Part shown: positions 1 through 9,736 of the stretch, piece by piece
Position numbering within the stretch: the stretch's first letter is position 1
Layout of the letters: the number at the start of each line of letters is the position of its first letter
IMG/VR virus record: IMGVR_UViG_3300032334_001259
Coordinates: 62,001-126,000 of that record
Strand: one strand, 5' to 3'
DNA length: 64,000 nucleotides
Position numbers and translations under genes: made by a program
The notes under the pieces: model-generated
The model's database searches: none
Seen by the model: only the letters and a program-made list of their open reading frames with translations
Told to the model about the DNA's origin: nothing

Positions 1-13
1 ATTTCTTTAAATC

Positions 14-367
14 TCATTTCTTTCTCCTTGCTCCACTATTATGTGGAACAGGACTTACTTTATTATTAGAGTCAGGTTCACGACCTTTTTCTTTTGTAAT
101 CCACTTTGATTTATGTCCAAGACCTTTTATAGCATTATTAAGCATATCCATTTCTTCTGGACAATAAGCAGCAGCAAGTGGCTGATCACGGAAATGTTCA
201 TGCTCGTGTGGTGCTTTGTGATGTGGATGTGCGGCAACTACTGTCATAAAACGATAATAATCATAACCTGAATCCATATCAGGATATACTAAACTTGGTG
301 GCATTGTGCTTATATGCTCACCATTGGTTTTTGATTTTGCTTCTATAACAAATTCTGCGGCTCTCAT
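14..367 (-). CDS. Small late protein, possible head-internal protein
   Basis: 117-aa ORF; N-terminus MRAAEFVIEAK resembles the T4 capsid-targeting sequence; late promoter CATAAATA just upstream (373-380). Confidence 0.6.
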   Translation of the reverse strand: MRAAEFVIEAKSKTNGEHISTMPPSLVYPDMDSGYDYYRFMTVVAAHPHHKAPHEHEHFRDQPLAAAYCPEEMDMLNNAIKGLGHKSKWITKEKGREPDSNNKVSPVPHNSGARRKK

Positions 368-372
368 AAAGA

Positions 373-380
373 TATTTATG
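373..380 (-). promoter_or_regulatory. T4-type late promoter (CATAAATA)
   Basis: Reverse complement of tatttatg; matches the T4 gp55 late consensus TATAAATA at 7/8. Confidence 0.6.
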
Positions 381-386
381 AGAAAA

Positions 387-977
387 TTACTTCTTTACAG
401 GAAGTATCCAATATTTTGCAGTTTCGCTATCTCTGCTGCAATCTACACCTTCAAGAAACAATTTGCTACGCTTTGAATCTGTTCTCTTAAATGAGCATTC
501 AAATGTTACACGTGCTTCTGTTGCACTTGGATTAATTGCAGTAACTGTAACTTCACTTTCTGGAAGTTGGTCTGTTTCTACAAGACTTGCAACTGCATGA
601 CGTAGTTTGTAACCTTGTTCAACCATTGTTTCATTAATTTTATTTGCTTTAGCAATATTACGAACAAAATCTTGTGTAATACCAGCAGCTTCCATTGGTG
701 GTTGATGTAGGAATGATTTTTGAACTTTCTCTCCATCACGTTCAAATGTAAGAACAAACTCTGCCATTTGTTGTGAAACACCTTCACTTAACAAATGATT
801 ACGGTCAAGCATGTTCCATGCTGCATTATCAAGGTATAATTTAATACTATTATCAGTATGTTCAACAACACTTGCTTGGACACTACGTAAACTATCAATT
901 TCAATGTTTACAATATCACCAGTTACTGGTGCATTATTTGCTCTTTCTACTGATTTTAAGTAATCACGAAAATTCAT
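387..977 (-). CDS. Hypothetical virion/head-associated protein
   Basis: 196-aa ORF in a tightly packed late operon; N-terminus MNFRDYLKSVE. Confidence 0.65.
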   Translation of the reverse strand: MNFRDYLKSVERANNAPVTGDIVNIEIDSLRSVQASVVEHTDNSIKLYLDNAAWNMLDRNHLLSEGVSQQMAEFVLTFERDGEKVQKSFLHQPPMEAAGITQDFVRNIAKANKINETMVEQGYKLRHAVASLVETDQLPESEVTVTAINPSATEARVTFECSFKRTDSKRSKLFLEGVDCSRDSETAKYWILPVKK

Positions 978-986
978 AATAATTCC

Positions 987-1613
987 TTAATCAAAATCTA
1001 CTGCAACGTGTGTTGGATTATCACCACCTGCAACCTTTGGATAAGTTCCTTTAGGTCTTGCTAAATCTGTTCCACTTGGAACTGCTGCACGTGTTGGCTT
1101 TACAATTTCATGTGGACTATTTGTATAAGGACGATTTGTAGAATCATCCATAGTAATACTTGTTTCATCACCCATTGGTGGTTCAGCACTAACTGTTGCA
1201 ACGGGAGCGGCAATAGGTGCGGCAATTGTAGCTATTGCTGGTGTATTATCAGCAACCATAGACATGCTTGTTTCTGCATTAATCATACCAGCAAGTTTAA
1301 GAATTTGACCAAGAACAGCATCTTCGCCACTTAAGTCAATCTTAACAGCTTCGGAAACTGGAATACCGTTTAGCTTTGAAACACTACTTATAGCACGACT
1401 TACTTCTTCTGGACTACGATTACTGATTTCACCCAACTTTGCTAAAACATCAAACATTTGTGCGCTATTTGCTGCACGTGATGCGGCAAGACCTTCTCTT
1501 ACTGCACCAGTGTGTGGTGTTAGTTTATTTGCATTATCAATAGCACGACCAATATCTTCGGGGCTACGGTGTGAGATTTGTTCAAGTCTCTTTAATACGT
1601 CAATCATTTCCAT
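987..1613 (-). CDS. Hypothetical protein with an internal ~29-aa duplication
   Basis: 208-aa ORF; MIDVLKRLEQISHRSPEDIGRAI and MFDVLAKLGEISNRSPEEVSRAI; Ala/Pro-rich linker. Confidence 0.7.
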   Translation of the reverse strand: MEMIDVLKRLEQISHRSPEDIGRAIDNANKLTPHTGAVREGLAASRAANSAQMFDVLAKLGEISNRSPEEVSRAISSVSKLNGIPVSEAVKIDLSGEDAVLGQILKLAGMINAETSMSMVADNTPAIATIAAPIAAPVATVSAEPPMGDETSITMDDSTNRPYTNSPHEIVKPTRAAVPSGTDLARPKGTYPKVAGGDNPTHVAVDFD

Positions 1614-1615
1614 AA

Positions 1616-2185
1616 TTATGCTCTCCCCGTTCTTGGGCGTTCTGGTAATTTATTTTTTGTTGTTCCAACTGGACTCTTGTCACCCATTGGAAGGTCATTT
1701 GTTGTTTTGCCTACTTCTGGCTTTACTGCGAACTGATGTTCAATAGTCTTAACTTTTAGTGCATTTGCAAGGTCAGCAAGCAATTGTGGTGCTTTTTGTG
1801 TAGGAAGTGGTGTATCAAGAATTGCACGACCTTCTGCTTCTGGAGCAATAGGTGCGGCAAGAACTTCTTGATTTGGTGTTACAACCATAATACGGCTTAA
1901 TGAAATACCAGTTGCCTCATGAATTGCTGCTTGCATTTCTAATGGACTTATTGGATAATTTACAACCATATCAATGATATAAAGATCGGTTGCCTTTAAG
2001 TGACTAAATCCTGTGTGATCTTCACTAACTGGTAAACGCTTTGGTTCACTGATTGCTTCAAGATTCCAACGAGCGAGAACCTTTTGAAGTTTGTCTAATT
2101 CTTCTTTTGTAGGTTCTTGCGCTATTTTAGCACGGAAACCATATTTCTTTTCATGGTCTAACAAATACTGAATATAGGGTTTCAT
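1616..2185 (-). CDS. Hypothetical late protein
   Basis: 189-aa ORF with AGG RBS and late promoter AATAAATA at 2204-2211. Confidence 0.7.
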   Translation of the reverse strand: MKPYIQYLLDHEKKYGFRAKIAQEPTKEELDKLQKVLARWNLEAISEPKRLPVSEDHTGFSHLKATDLYIIDMVVNYPISPLEMQAAIHEATGISLSRIMVVTPNQEVLAAPIAPEAEGRAILDTPLPTQKAPQLLADLANALKVKTIEHQFAVKPEVGKTTNDLPMGDKSPVGTTKNKLPERPRTGRA

Positions 2186-2232
2186 TTCCTAATACCTTTT
2201 AGATATTTATTGTTTTCAGATAGTTTTTATTA

Positions 2233-2658
2233 TTAGTTTTTTCTAAATGTACGAAGCAACTCATTTCTGTCAAAAACTTGTGCTTCTATTGTTTCTGGTT
2301 CATCACCAGTATTTTTACCCATATCAAACTTTAGCTTCTGTGCTTTAAGAGCAAGTTCAGTTTGTTTTAACTTCTTTTGGACTTTACCAAGTTTAGCAGT
2401 CACTGCAGTTGCTAACATTTTAGCACTTGCTTCAAATATGGGTGCACTGAATCGTGCTTCTACATTCATACCAAGACTTTGTAAATTTTCAAAACTTTCA
2501 ACTGCTTTATCTACCAATTCATCCAATTCTTTATCCATAGCATCTTCTGGTTGCTCTGGAATAGCACTTTCAAGTTGATGCGCATTTTCAATTGCTTCTG
2601 CAACTTCTTTACTTGGTGCTGGCGGTAAATCAAATAATTCTTCAAGTTTTTGAGTCAT
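2233..2658 (-). CDS. Helical protein, possible terminase small subunit (gp16-like)
   Basis: 141 aa, acidic N-terminus followed by amphipathic helices and a coiled coil (KLGKVQKKLKQTELALK); size and pattern resemble gp16 of T4-like phages; unconfirmed. Confidence 0.4.
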   Translation of the reverse strand: MTQKLEELFDLPPAPSKEVAEAIENAHQLESAIPEQPEDAMDKELDELVDKAVESFENLQSLGMNVEARFSAPIFEASAKMLATAVTAKLGKVQKKLKQTELALKAQKLKFDMGKNTGDEPETIEAQVFDRNELLRTFRKN

Positions 2659-2666
2659 ATACTAAT

Positions 2667-3107
2667 TTATCTCTTTTTCTTTTTAGTATTTGAGAACATA
2701 TCATGTTCAGTTATGACTCTAAAACTTATACCATTACGTTTACAAAATTCTCTAGCTGCTTCCCACTTGGCTTGATTTACTGCGGCTTGAATTTGATTTT
2801 TAGTAGAGCGACCAGCGGCTTCTAATGTAGTTTCTTTGTGTGGTTTAATTTCTACCAATTCACCTTTGCGATTACCATTAGCATCTTCATAAATTATAAA
2901 AAAATCTGGAACATAACTCTTAACTTTTTTGGCTACTGGATTTTCATATTTTATACTGATACTTTCACTTGCCCATTGTTTTACACTTGGATGAGTATCT
3001 AAAAAATTCATAAATCGTAGTTCCCAACTACTGCGATATTTTATACTACCACGACCAATATATTTTTCTGGATTTGTTGGATTAAAAAGACCTTGACTAA
3101 ACTTCAT
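2667..3107 (-). CDS. gp4: Head completion protein (gp4-like, PD-(D/E)XK/TnsA-N fold)
   Basis: Motifs NPEKYIG, YRSSWE, WASE, YVPDF, VEIKP, VNQAKWEAA are characteristic of T4 gp4. Confidence 0.9.
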   Translation of the reverse strand: MKFSQGLFNPTNPEKYIGRGSIKYRSSWELRFMNFLDTHPSVKQWASESISIKYENPVAKKVKSYVPDFFIIYEDANGNRKGELVEIKPHKETTLEAAGRSTKNQIQAAVNQAKWEAAREFCKRNGISFRVITEHDMFSNTKKKKR

Positions 3108-3460
3108 GGTATAATATTTCTTGCTACGCTTGGTGCTATTGTTGTATTTTTATTAAAACCAAGTTTACTTGTTGCGCCTTTTGCATTGTTAAAAAAGCTA
3201 ATTAGTAGATTTTTAGTATTATTACTCGTAGGATTTGTTTGAAATTGTTTAATAATATCAAGTGGTTCTAACTTATTATTATAACTTAGTGTAATAACGC
3301 TTTGCGCCAGTGAACTTGCGGCATCAACACTTTGGGTTAATTCATAAAAATATCCGAATACTTGACACCATAGTGCTTCACTTATTTGAATAGGTTGGCT
3401 AAAATAGCCATTAAAAAATATTTGGGTATCAGTTTGCTGATTATTAGGTATATTTGCCAT
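3104..3460 (-). CDS. Hypothetical protein
   Basis: 118-aa ORF; 4-nt overlap with gp4. Confidence 0.65.
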   Translation of the reverse strand: MANIPNNQQTDTQIFFNGYFSQPIQISEALWCQVFGYFYELTQSVDAASSLAQSVITLSYNNKLEPLDIIKQFQTNPTSNNTKNLLISFFNNAKGATSKLGFNKNTTIAPSVARNIIP

Positions 3461-3468
3461 AAAATTAT

Positions 3469-4980
3469 TTATTGGTTTGAACTTGAAGTTATTTTGTTAT
3501 TTTGAATATAGTTTTTTGCAAGTGGAACTAAATTAAATCCAGGTGGCACATTTAATTTATTAATATGACTGCTTGCTAAAGTAATATCACTGTCAGTATA
3601 ACCTTGATTTTTTAATGTTTGAATCCAGTCGTCACTATTATACACAGCGTTTGGTGGACTTGTAGGGTCTGCAAAACTAATACTGCTTTGAACATAATTA
3701 GGCTGACCATAATCTACAGCACCAATACTTGCAACGCTATTTGGATCATCAATATATTGTTGTGCTATTACTGCTTTTGCAGTTTCTGTGTTGCTAAAAC
3801 CACCATAGCTTGCCAATGTTGCCGTAGGAACAGTCGCAATAAAATTAGATGCATCATTTACTTGTTGAGCACTATAACCTTGGTTCCATAAAGTAGTTTG
3901 CCAACTATCCGTTTGAAATGGATTTGTTGGAACAAAACTACGTGATGTATCTATACTTTGTGTATTTGTATCTAAATCACTTGGTCTAGGTGGTGGCAAT
4001 GGTACTGCTGACGCAATAGGTCGTATATTTGTATCTGCTAGTGGAAATTCTGTACTGGCATTAGTTTGATTTAAATCATTATTTTGAATAATAGCATTAA
4101 TTTCTTCTGGACTGAAACCTTGATTTGCAGTCGGATTGTAATATGCACCTTGGTCAACAAAACCGAAAGAACCTTGTTCTTGTTGATAATACTGTCCACG
4201 ATTTACAAACTGGCTACCTTGTTGGTTAAGTTGTCCAGTAACTGGATTAATAAAATTATTTCTACCTAAAGCGCCACTTAACGGACTTAATCTATCATCA
4301 TAATAAGCAGTCTCATTAAATCCTGGCATATCTTTAACATAACCACCTTCATAAGTCACACCATTGTAACGAACTTGCATGGTTGCTTCCATGAGATTAG
4401 TGCTATCAGAATAATCATGTGTATCATGTTGGAAACTTGTAATAACAGGACTCATAAGAGTTATCTTATTTGCCTGACCACTTTGCATACTATATATTTC
4501 AATTGCACTAAAAAATGGTGTCAAACTACCATTATCTAAACCCCAAGCACTGTGAAGTCGTTGTTGATAACGATCATCATAATTATAATCATTCAGACTA
4601 TAAAGTCCATCAGCATAATAATAATTGTAATAATCTTGCCATAATTCACGTAAACCATTTTGATTATCATCATGAAATTTTATAGTTACTGGTTCGTATT
4701 TTATACGATCTTGAATATAGGTATGTTTATTATATTGGTTTAAGTCCTTAACATCCATAGTAAATTTTGGTAAGTCAATGCTTTTTACAAGATAACCAAT
4801 TTCACGTGTTGAAACATAACGTGGTACGCCTTGACCTAAAATAAAATTTACATAAAAAAGAAATTTATATTTTGGACTACGACTAAAATTACTAGTTCTA
4901 AAAATTTGAGCGGCGTGTGCATAATCATGAACATCACCGCCGCCCAATAAACTATTCAAAAAACCCCATAAACTAGCCAT
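3469..4980 (-). CDS. Tail-tube-fold baseplate protein (gp19/gp54/gp48-like) with long C-terminal extension
   Basis: N-terminal KYKFLFYVNF...VKSIDLPKF...QYN...IKYEPVTIKFHDD is the tail-tube fold signature; adjacent to gp19. Confidence 0.7.
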   Translation of the reverse strand: MASLWGFLNSLLGGGDVHDYAHAAQIFRTSNFSRSPKYKFLFYVNFILGQGVPRYVSTREIGYLVKSIDLPKFTMDVKDLNQYNKHTYIQDRIKYEPVTIKFHDDNQNGLRELWQDYYNYYYADGLYSLNDYNYDDRYQQRLHSAWGLDNGSLTPFFSAIEIYSMQSGQANKITLMSPVITSFQHDTHDYSDSTNLMEATMQVRYNGVTYEGGYVKDMPGFNETAYYDDRLSPLSGALGRNNFINPVTGQLNQQGSQFVNRGQYYQQEQGSFGFVDQGAYYNPTANQGFSPEEINAIIQNNDLNQTNASTEFPLADTNIRPIASAVPLPPPRPSDLDTNTQSIDTSRSFVPTNPFQTDSWQTTLWNQGYSAQQVNDASNFIATVPTATLASYGGFSNTETAKAVIAQQYIDDPNSVASIGAVDYGQPNYVQSSISFADPTSPPNAVYNSDDWIQTLKNQGYTDSDITLASSHINKLNVPPGFNLVPLAKNYIQNNKITSSSNQ

Positions 4981-4991
4981 TGGCTAAATCC

Positions 4992-5615
4992 TTAGCCAGA
5001 AATACTGGCCCCACTGGTTCTTGTTACTGGTTTACCAACTCCATTACTTGTTGGAATTTGTAATGCATTATCATAACGAATGGTCAATGTAATAGTTGCT
5101 GGATCATTGCTATTATAATCAAAGTTGTTGTAATTTACTTCTGCCAAGAAGCAACCATACAATTGCCAAGTTTCAAGTGTAGTTGGACCGTTTTGACCAT
5201 TGCCACCATCAAGTGCTTCAAATTGTGTAGTAAACTTATAATCAATACCACTAACTGCACTTGCTTGTTCAGCAAAGTCAAATTGCTTTTGGATTTGCTC
5301 ACCAACAAGAACACGCACGCTGCCATTGGCATCATCACGAAGGTTAACAGTAACCTGTTGCCACTCTGGACGACCCTGTAGGTACATTCTGCTGTTATAG
5401 ACTGGAATTTCAATTTGGTTAAAGTTTACGTTTGGACGTGTAAAATCCATAACCTGTTTTGTAAGTTCTGTAGTTGGGTTTGTGACGCCAAAATTCAAGA
5501 ATGTAACTCTAAAGCGGTATTTTAGCAAAGGCATTAATAAGCCTTGATTGCCCGCACTCTGGTCACTATTACTAGCAACAGGAACCGTCATGTTGAGTAA
5601 TGATGCAACTGCCAT
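4992..5615 (-). CDS. gp19: Tail tube protein
   Basis: 207 aa; YRFRVTF, RP(N)V, GRPEWQQVTVNLRDD, ETWQLYGCF, ITLTIRYDNA; directly downstream of the sheath gene. Confidence 0.9.
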   Translation of the reverse strand: MAVASLLNMTVPVASNSDQSAGNQGLLMPLLKYRFRVTFLNFGVTNPTTELTKQVMDFTRPNVNFNQIEIPVYNSRMYLQGRPEWQQVTVNLRDDANGSVRVLVGEQIQKQFDFAEQASAVSGIDYKFTTQFEALDGGNGQNGPTTLETWQLYGCFLAEVNYNNFDYNSNDPATITLTIRYDNALQIPTSNGVGKPVTRTSGASISG

Positions 5616-5634
5616 CTGTATCTCCTATTAAAAG

Positions 5635-5642
5635 TATTTATA
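5635..5642 (-). promoter_or_regulatory. T4-type late promoter (TATAAATA)
   Basis: Perfect consensus upstream of gp19. Confidence 0.75.
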
Positions 5643-5680
5643 ACAATTAGAATACTTTTTAAGGGGGGTATAAAACAAAA

Positions 5681-5702
5681 AAGCCGCCTATAAAGGCGGC
5701 TT
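5681..5702 (-). terminator. Intrinsic terminator after gp18
   Basis: Stem aagccgcct/aggcggctt followed on the minus strand by a T-rich tract. Confidence 0.7.
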
Positions 5703-5730
5703 CTTCTATTTTTTATTTTAGTGTATAATA

Positions 5731-8700
5731 TTATACACCCAAAGTTAAACTTGGAGTAATATTACTTAATCCACCTTGGTTTGCATTTGTGCCAGCAATT
5801 GCACCAGTGTTCAAGATACGAACAGGGATATAAATGAACTCTACAGCCTTTGTTGGTTCAATTGCGATATCAATATGCAATTCATTTTGATCAATAGTAG
5901 ATGGTGTATTGTTTGTAGTATCACAAACTACAAGATAATCATACACACCACGTTGAGTTTTAACATCGTTTAGCAATGCTGATACAGCGTTTGTAGCAGT
6001 ATTACGTGTTACAGTGTCGTTTGGCTCAAATACCAATGGTTTAGCAATACGTTCAAGGTTGTAACGTAGATAGTTGATTAGACGTGCAACGTTGATACGG
6101 TCAAGAGCAGTAGCAGTTGCCTGACGAGTATGGTTACCATAGTTAAGAATACCTTCTGTTGGGAACACTGCAACTGGATTTACGTTATTGCTATATAGTA
6201 AATCACGTAGACCTTGGTTAGTTCCAATACTATAGAACTTACCAGTTACACGGTCAACATAACCAATCTTGATTACATTGTCAATTTTACCACGCAATGA
6301 ACCTGCTGGTGCAAACCATGGAGCACTTGCTTGATCGCTCTTAATAATCATACGTAGGATTGCATGTGTAATAGGAACAACAATCTGACCATTGCCATCA
6401 AGTGCATTTGTATAACCTGCACCTGGATAGAACACAGCAGTATAACTATCACTCGTAGCAAGACCATCTTCACCAGTGCTTGCAACACCACTTGTGTTAG
6501 TAACATAGTTGCTTACACTTGTAGTATCAGCAGTAAGACCCATTGGTGTGTCAGCAATGATAAATCCAGTGTTACGACGATCATTATTAAGTGAAATTAG
6601 ATTTGTCGTCAATTCTGGATATCCTGGACATACAAGAAGATTAAAGTTAGTTTGATCTTCACGTATTGTTGTATTATTATCAACTGCTGTCTTAAGTGCA
6701 TTTACAACAACATTGCGAACTGCCTTACGACCCATGTAAGGAACACCAGCAGTATTGCTACCACTTACACTTTGCCAAGTAGCAGCAACAGCAGGAATAG
6801 TTCCTAATGGATAGTTTGCACTTGTAAACTTGTTAGCCTTGTATTGTTTTACATTATAAGTGCTACGACGAGTATTGAATAGCAACATACCACGTGGATA
6901 TAGTTGTGGATTTGGTGCATCTAAATCAAGATAATTGCTTGTCAATAGACTTACAATTGTTGGCTTTGCATCAAGAGCAGGATCTACTGTGCCGGAAGTA
7001 TCCCAACGTGCATCAGCAAACAAGATACCATTTTCAGTTGTATTATCAGTGTTATCAATTTGAACCCACTGTGCGGTGCCGCTTACACTCTGCCAACGAT
7101 AAATCTTTGGATAGTTTTCAAGATCACTTGTATCTACCCATAGGTCACCATAAACAAGACTTGAATTGTCAGTTTGTTTTGTAGGTTGACTTGCACTAAT
7201 AATTGGACCAAGTGGATCTGTATTTGCAAGATTATATCCACGTGCATCACTACTTACGTTTTGATAACCTCTCCAATCAGTGCCATTACTAATCATAATG
7301 TCAACTTCAAGTGGAGTTGAAGCATACCAATAAGTGCCGTCATCAGGTGCTACAACTGGTTGTGTAGCTTGTTGGTAAAGATTACTTGCAGGATACCAAT
7401 TACTACCAATAAGATAACCATCACTTTCATCATCAAATACGTTATCAAGACTTGTTGTAATACCAGCAGCAGTAATTGGAGTTCCACTTACGTTGTGAAA
7501 TTCAATATCACCACCATTTGTATGACTAATTGAAATGTAATTAGTTGCACTTAATGATGCAGTAAGATATGGAACATTAGCCGCAAGCACATCACTTACA
7601 AAACTTGCCGCACTTGTGCTACTCAATGTAATTGTATATGCGCTACTCCAGCTGCTACTACCAGGACTTGTTGTTCTTATAGTAAAGCTATTACCAGCAC
7701 TAAATGTTGGATTTGCAACACTACCAGTAACAACAGTAGCAGTTCCACCACCATTCCATTGTAATAGTTTATATGTGCCTGTGTTTGTACCAAGAACATC
7801 ATATTCAACAAATAGCGTATCTGCTGCAATACCTAAACCACCAAGTGTTGGATCAAGATTATAAAGTGCAGTTTTACGATCTGCATAAACTGGTGCAGGT
7901 ATAGTGTCAAACGCCATAGTAGCACTGTTATAACGATAAATCTTAAAGTTTGCACCACCGTTTACAGCGGTAGTTTTCATCCAAATACTACCTGTTGGAT
8001 GTGGTTGCGCATCAGTTGATTTCCATGCAGGAACACTGTAGTGTGCACCATAACTAAGTGCAGGACTCCAGTATGTACCTGGTGTTAAGCCAAGAGCATT
8101 AAGTGGGTTACCACTGCTATTACTAATAGTAATTTTACCGTCAGCTGCAGCATTAGCACCACCACTCTTTGCACTTGCGTTTGCAAACAAATTAAAGTAA
8201 CCATTAACAACTTGTGCATTAATACCAGACAAACCAGCACTATTAATAGTTGCGGCAAGATTTGACGCACTTGTGTTTGCTATTGTAAATGTATTACCAT
8301 TTATTACAAGTGCTGTTGCAAGAGTTAACGCACTTGCCTGTGCATTACCAATAAGTGTTGGTGTCTTGATTGCCCATGCATTACTACCAATTAGGTTCCA
8401 AGAATTATCATAAGCCTTGCGATATATTGGATTCTTAACATCAGTTGCATTGATTGCATAACTTCCAACTGTGCCAATATTACTATAAGGAACACCACCA
8501 GTTAACTGTGTTGAATCTGTAATTACAGTTGGGCTTGTTTGTGTGAATGTTTCACTTGTATAATCCCATTCAAATACGCCATAACTTGTAGTTGCGGTAT
8601 CCATCCATTGTGTTCCACCATCTGGATTTGCATATGGACGTGAACTACTGCCAGTTAACTGTGCAAGGTCAACATTTGCACGAAGAACATAAACTTGATT

Positions 8701-9012
8701 AGTAACACCAAGTGTGCTGTGTGCAGCCATAAGACCGTATTCTGCGGTCTCGCTACCAAATAAACGATTTCCACTTGCATCTGTTGGGAAAATCGGTAGT
8801 CCGTAGTTTGTAAGAAGGTCTTTTTGACTTGTAAGAAGTTGTAATGTATTAACTGTTGATTCAGTTGTATAACTTGCAATACCGCCAGCAGTGCTTGTTT
8901 TGTCTGTAGCAGTAGCAAGAAGAACGAAAGGTACTGTGCCAGGACCAGTAGGAGCGTAATTGCTTTGATCAATTACTGTTACTGATACGCCAGGAGATGT
9001 TAAAGTTGCCAT
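5731..9012 (-). CDS. gp18: Tail sheath protein
   Basis: 1093 aa; N-terminal LTSPGVSVTVID; C-terminal WFAPAG..RG, DRINVARL, FEPND..TR, IEPTKAVEFIYI; late promoter CTAAATA at 9040-9046. Confidence 0.95.
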   Translation of the reverse strand: MATLTSPGVSVTVIDQSNYAPTGPGTVPFVLLATATDKTSTAGGIASYTTESTVNTLQLLTSQKDLLTNYGLPIFPTDASGNRLFGSETAEYGLMAAHSTLGVTNQVYVLRANVDLAQLTGSSSRPYANPDGGTQWMDTATTSYGVFEWDYTSETFTQTSPTVITDSTQLTGGVPYSNIGTVGSYAINATDVKNPIYRKAYDNSWNLIGSNAWAIKTPTLIGNAQASALTLATALVINGNTFTIANTSASNLAATINSAGLSGINAQVVNGYFNLFANASAKSGGANAAADGKITISNSSGNPLNALGLTPGTYWSPALSYGAHYSVPAWKSTDAQPHPTGSIWMKTTAVNGGANFKIYRYNSATMAFDTIPAPVYADRKTALYNLDPTLGGLGIAADTLFVEYDVLGTNTGTYKLLQWNGGGTATVVTGSVANPTFSAGNSFTIRTTSPGSSSWSSAYTITLSSTSAASFVSDVLAANVPYLTASLSATNYISISHTNGGDIEFHNVSGTPITAAGITTSLDNVFDDESDGYLIGSNWYPASNLYQQATQPVVAPDDGTYWYASTPLEVDIMISNGTDWRGYQNVSSDARGYNLANTDPLGPIISASQPTKQTDNSSLVYGDLWVDTSDLENYPKIYRWQSVSGTAQWVQIDNTDNTTENGILFADARWDTSGTVDPALDAKPTIVSLLTSNYLDLDAPNPQLYPRGMLLFNTRRSTYNVKQYKANKFTSANYPLGTIPAVAATWQSVSGSNTAGVPYMGRKAVRNVVVNALKTAVDNNTTIREDQTNFNLLVCPGYPELTTNLISLNNDRRNTGFIIADTPMGLTADTTSVSNYVTNTSGVASTGEDGLATSDSYTAVFYPGAGYTNALDGNGQIVVPITHAILRMIIKSDQASAPWFAPAGSLRGKIDNVIKIGYVDRVTGKFYSIGTNQGLRDLLYSNNVNPVAVFPTEGILNYGNHTRQATATALDRINVARLINYLRYNLERIAKPLVFEPNDTVTRNTATNAVSALLNDVKTQRGVYDYLVVCDTTNNTPSTIDQNELHIDIAIEPTKAVEFIYIPVRILNTGAIAGTNANQGGLSNITPSLTLGV

Positions 9013-9092
9013 TTGGTCTATCCTTATAGGTGTTGTTAATATTTAGCGGATAGACCTAAAAGAACCTCCATTTCAGGAGTTATATACGGACA

Positions 9093-9698
9093 TTATAGCA
9101 AACTCTTGACTTTTTCTTCCAATTCAGCAATTGTGCCGTCATTATTAATAAGTTGGTCAAGATTTTCTTTGACCCATGACCATTCACTTGGATGAATATC
9201 ATTTGGTTGTTCGCCATATTGTACAAGTTTAATCATCCAATCAGGGTCTTCACCACGACGAACACCCCATACTTCACCGCCAAGTTTGCGGATCATATTT
9301 ATTTCATTTGGGAAACGAGTATCTGGAATAACAACATTATTATATTGTGCATTACTATTTTTAGCACCTGAAAGTTTTTTTTCAAGACTTGCAATCCAAA
9401 TGTCTGTATGAAAACCTTGGCGGCAAACTTCTGTTCCCCAATATTGTAATGCCCAACGTGGTGTAATATTTTCTATACCAAGTCGTGCTGACCACCATTC
9501 ATCTACGGTTTCACGCCAATCACGGCTTTCTTTTGTGTCACCTTCAAGTAAATGCCGAGGCCATCCAAATACAGTTGCTACAACGTCTTTAAGACTGTCA
9601 GCAAAACTTACTTTTTCAAAATTGTGATTGCCTACAAGAATATCCGCAACGGTTCCTTTGCCACCACCGATAAGACCGCATACCCCAATTATCTTCAT
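9093..9698 (-). CDS. gp1: Deoxynucleoside monophosphate kinase
   Basis: IIGVCGLIGGGKGT P-loop, SFADSLKD, PRWALQYWGTE..R, VIPDTRFPNE. Confidence 0.9.
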   Translation of the reverse strand: MKIIGVCGLIGGGKGTVADILVGNHNFEKVSFADSLKDVVATVFGWPRHLLEGDTKESRDWRETVDEWWSARLGIENITPRWALQYWGTEVCRQGFHTDIWIASLEKKLSGAKNSNAQYNNVVIPDTRFPNEINMIRKLGGEVWGVRRGEDPDWMIKLVQYGEQPNDIHPSEWSWVKENLDQLINNDGTIAELEEKVKSLL

Positions 9699-9736
9699 GT
9701 TAATAATTTAACAAAAAATAATATTATTGTCAAATA

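Noticed and set aside
2667-3107. TnsA-like endonuclease suggesting a Tn7 transposon
   Set aside because: The motifs and context (head/tail operon) are those of T4 gp4 head completion protein; no tnsB/C or transposon ends
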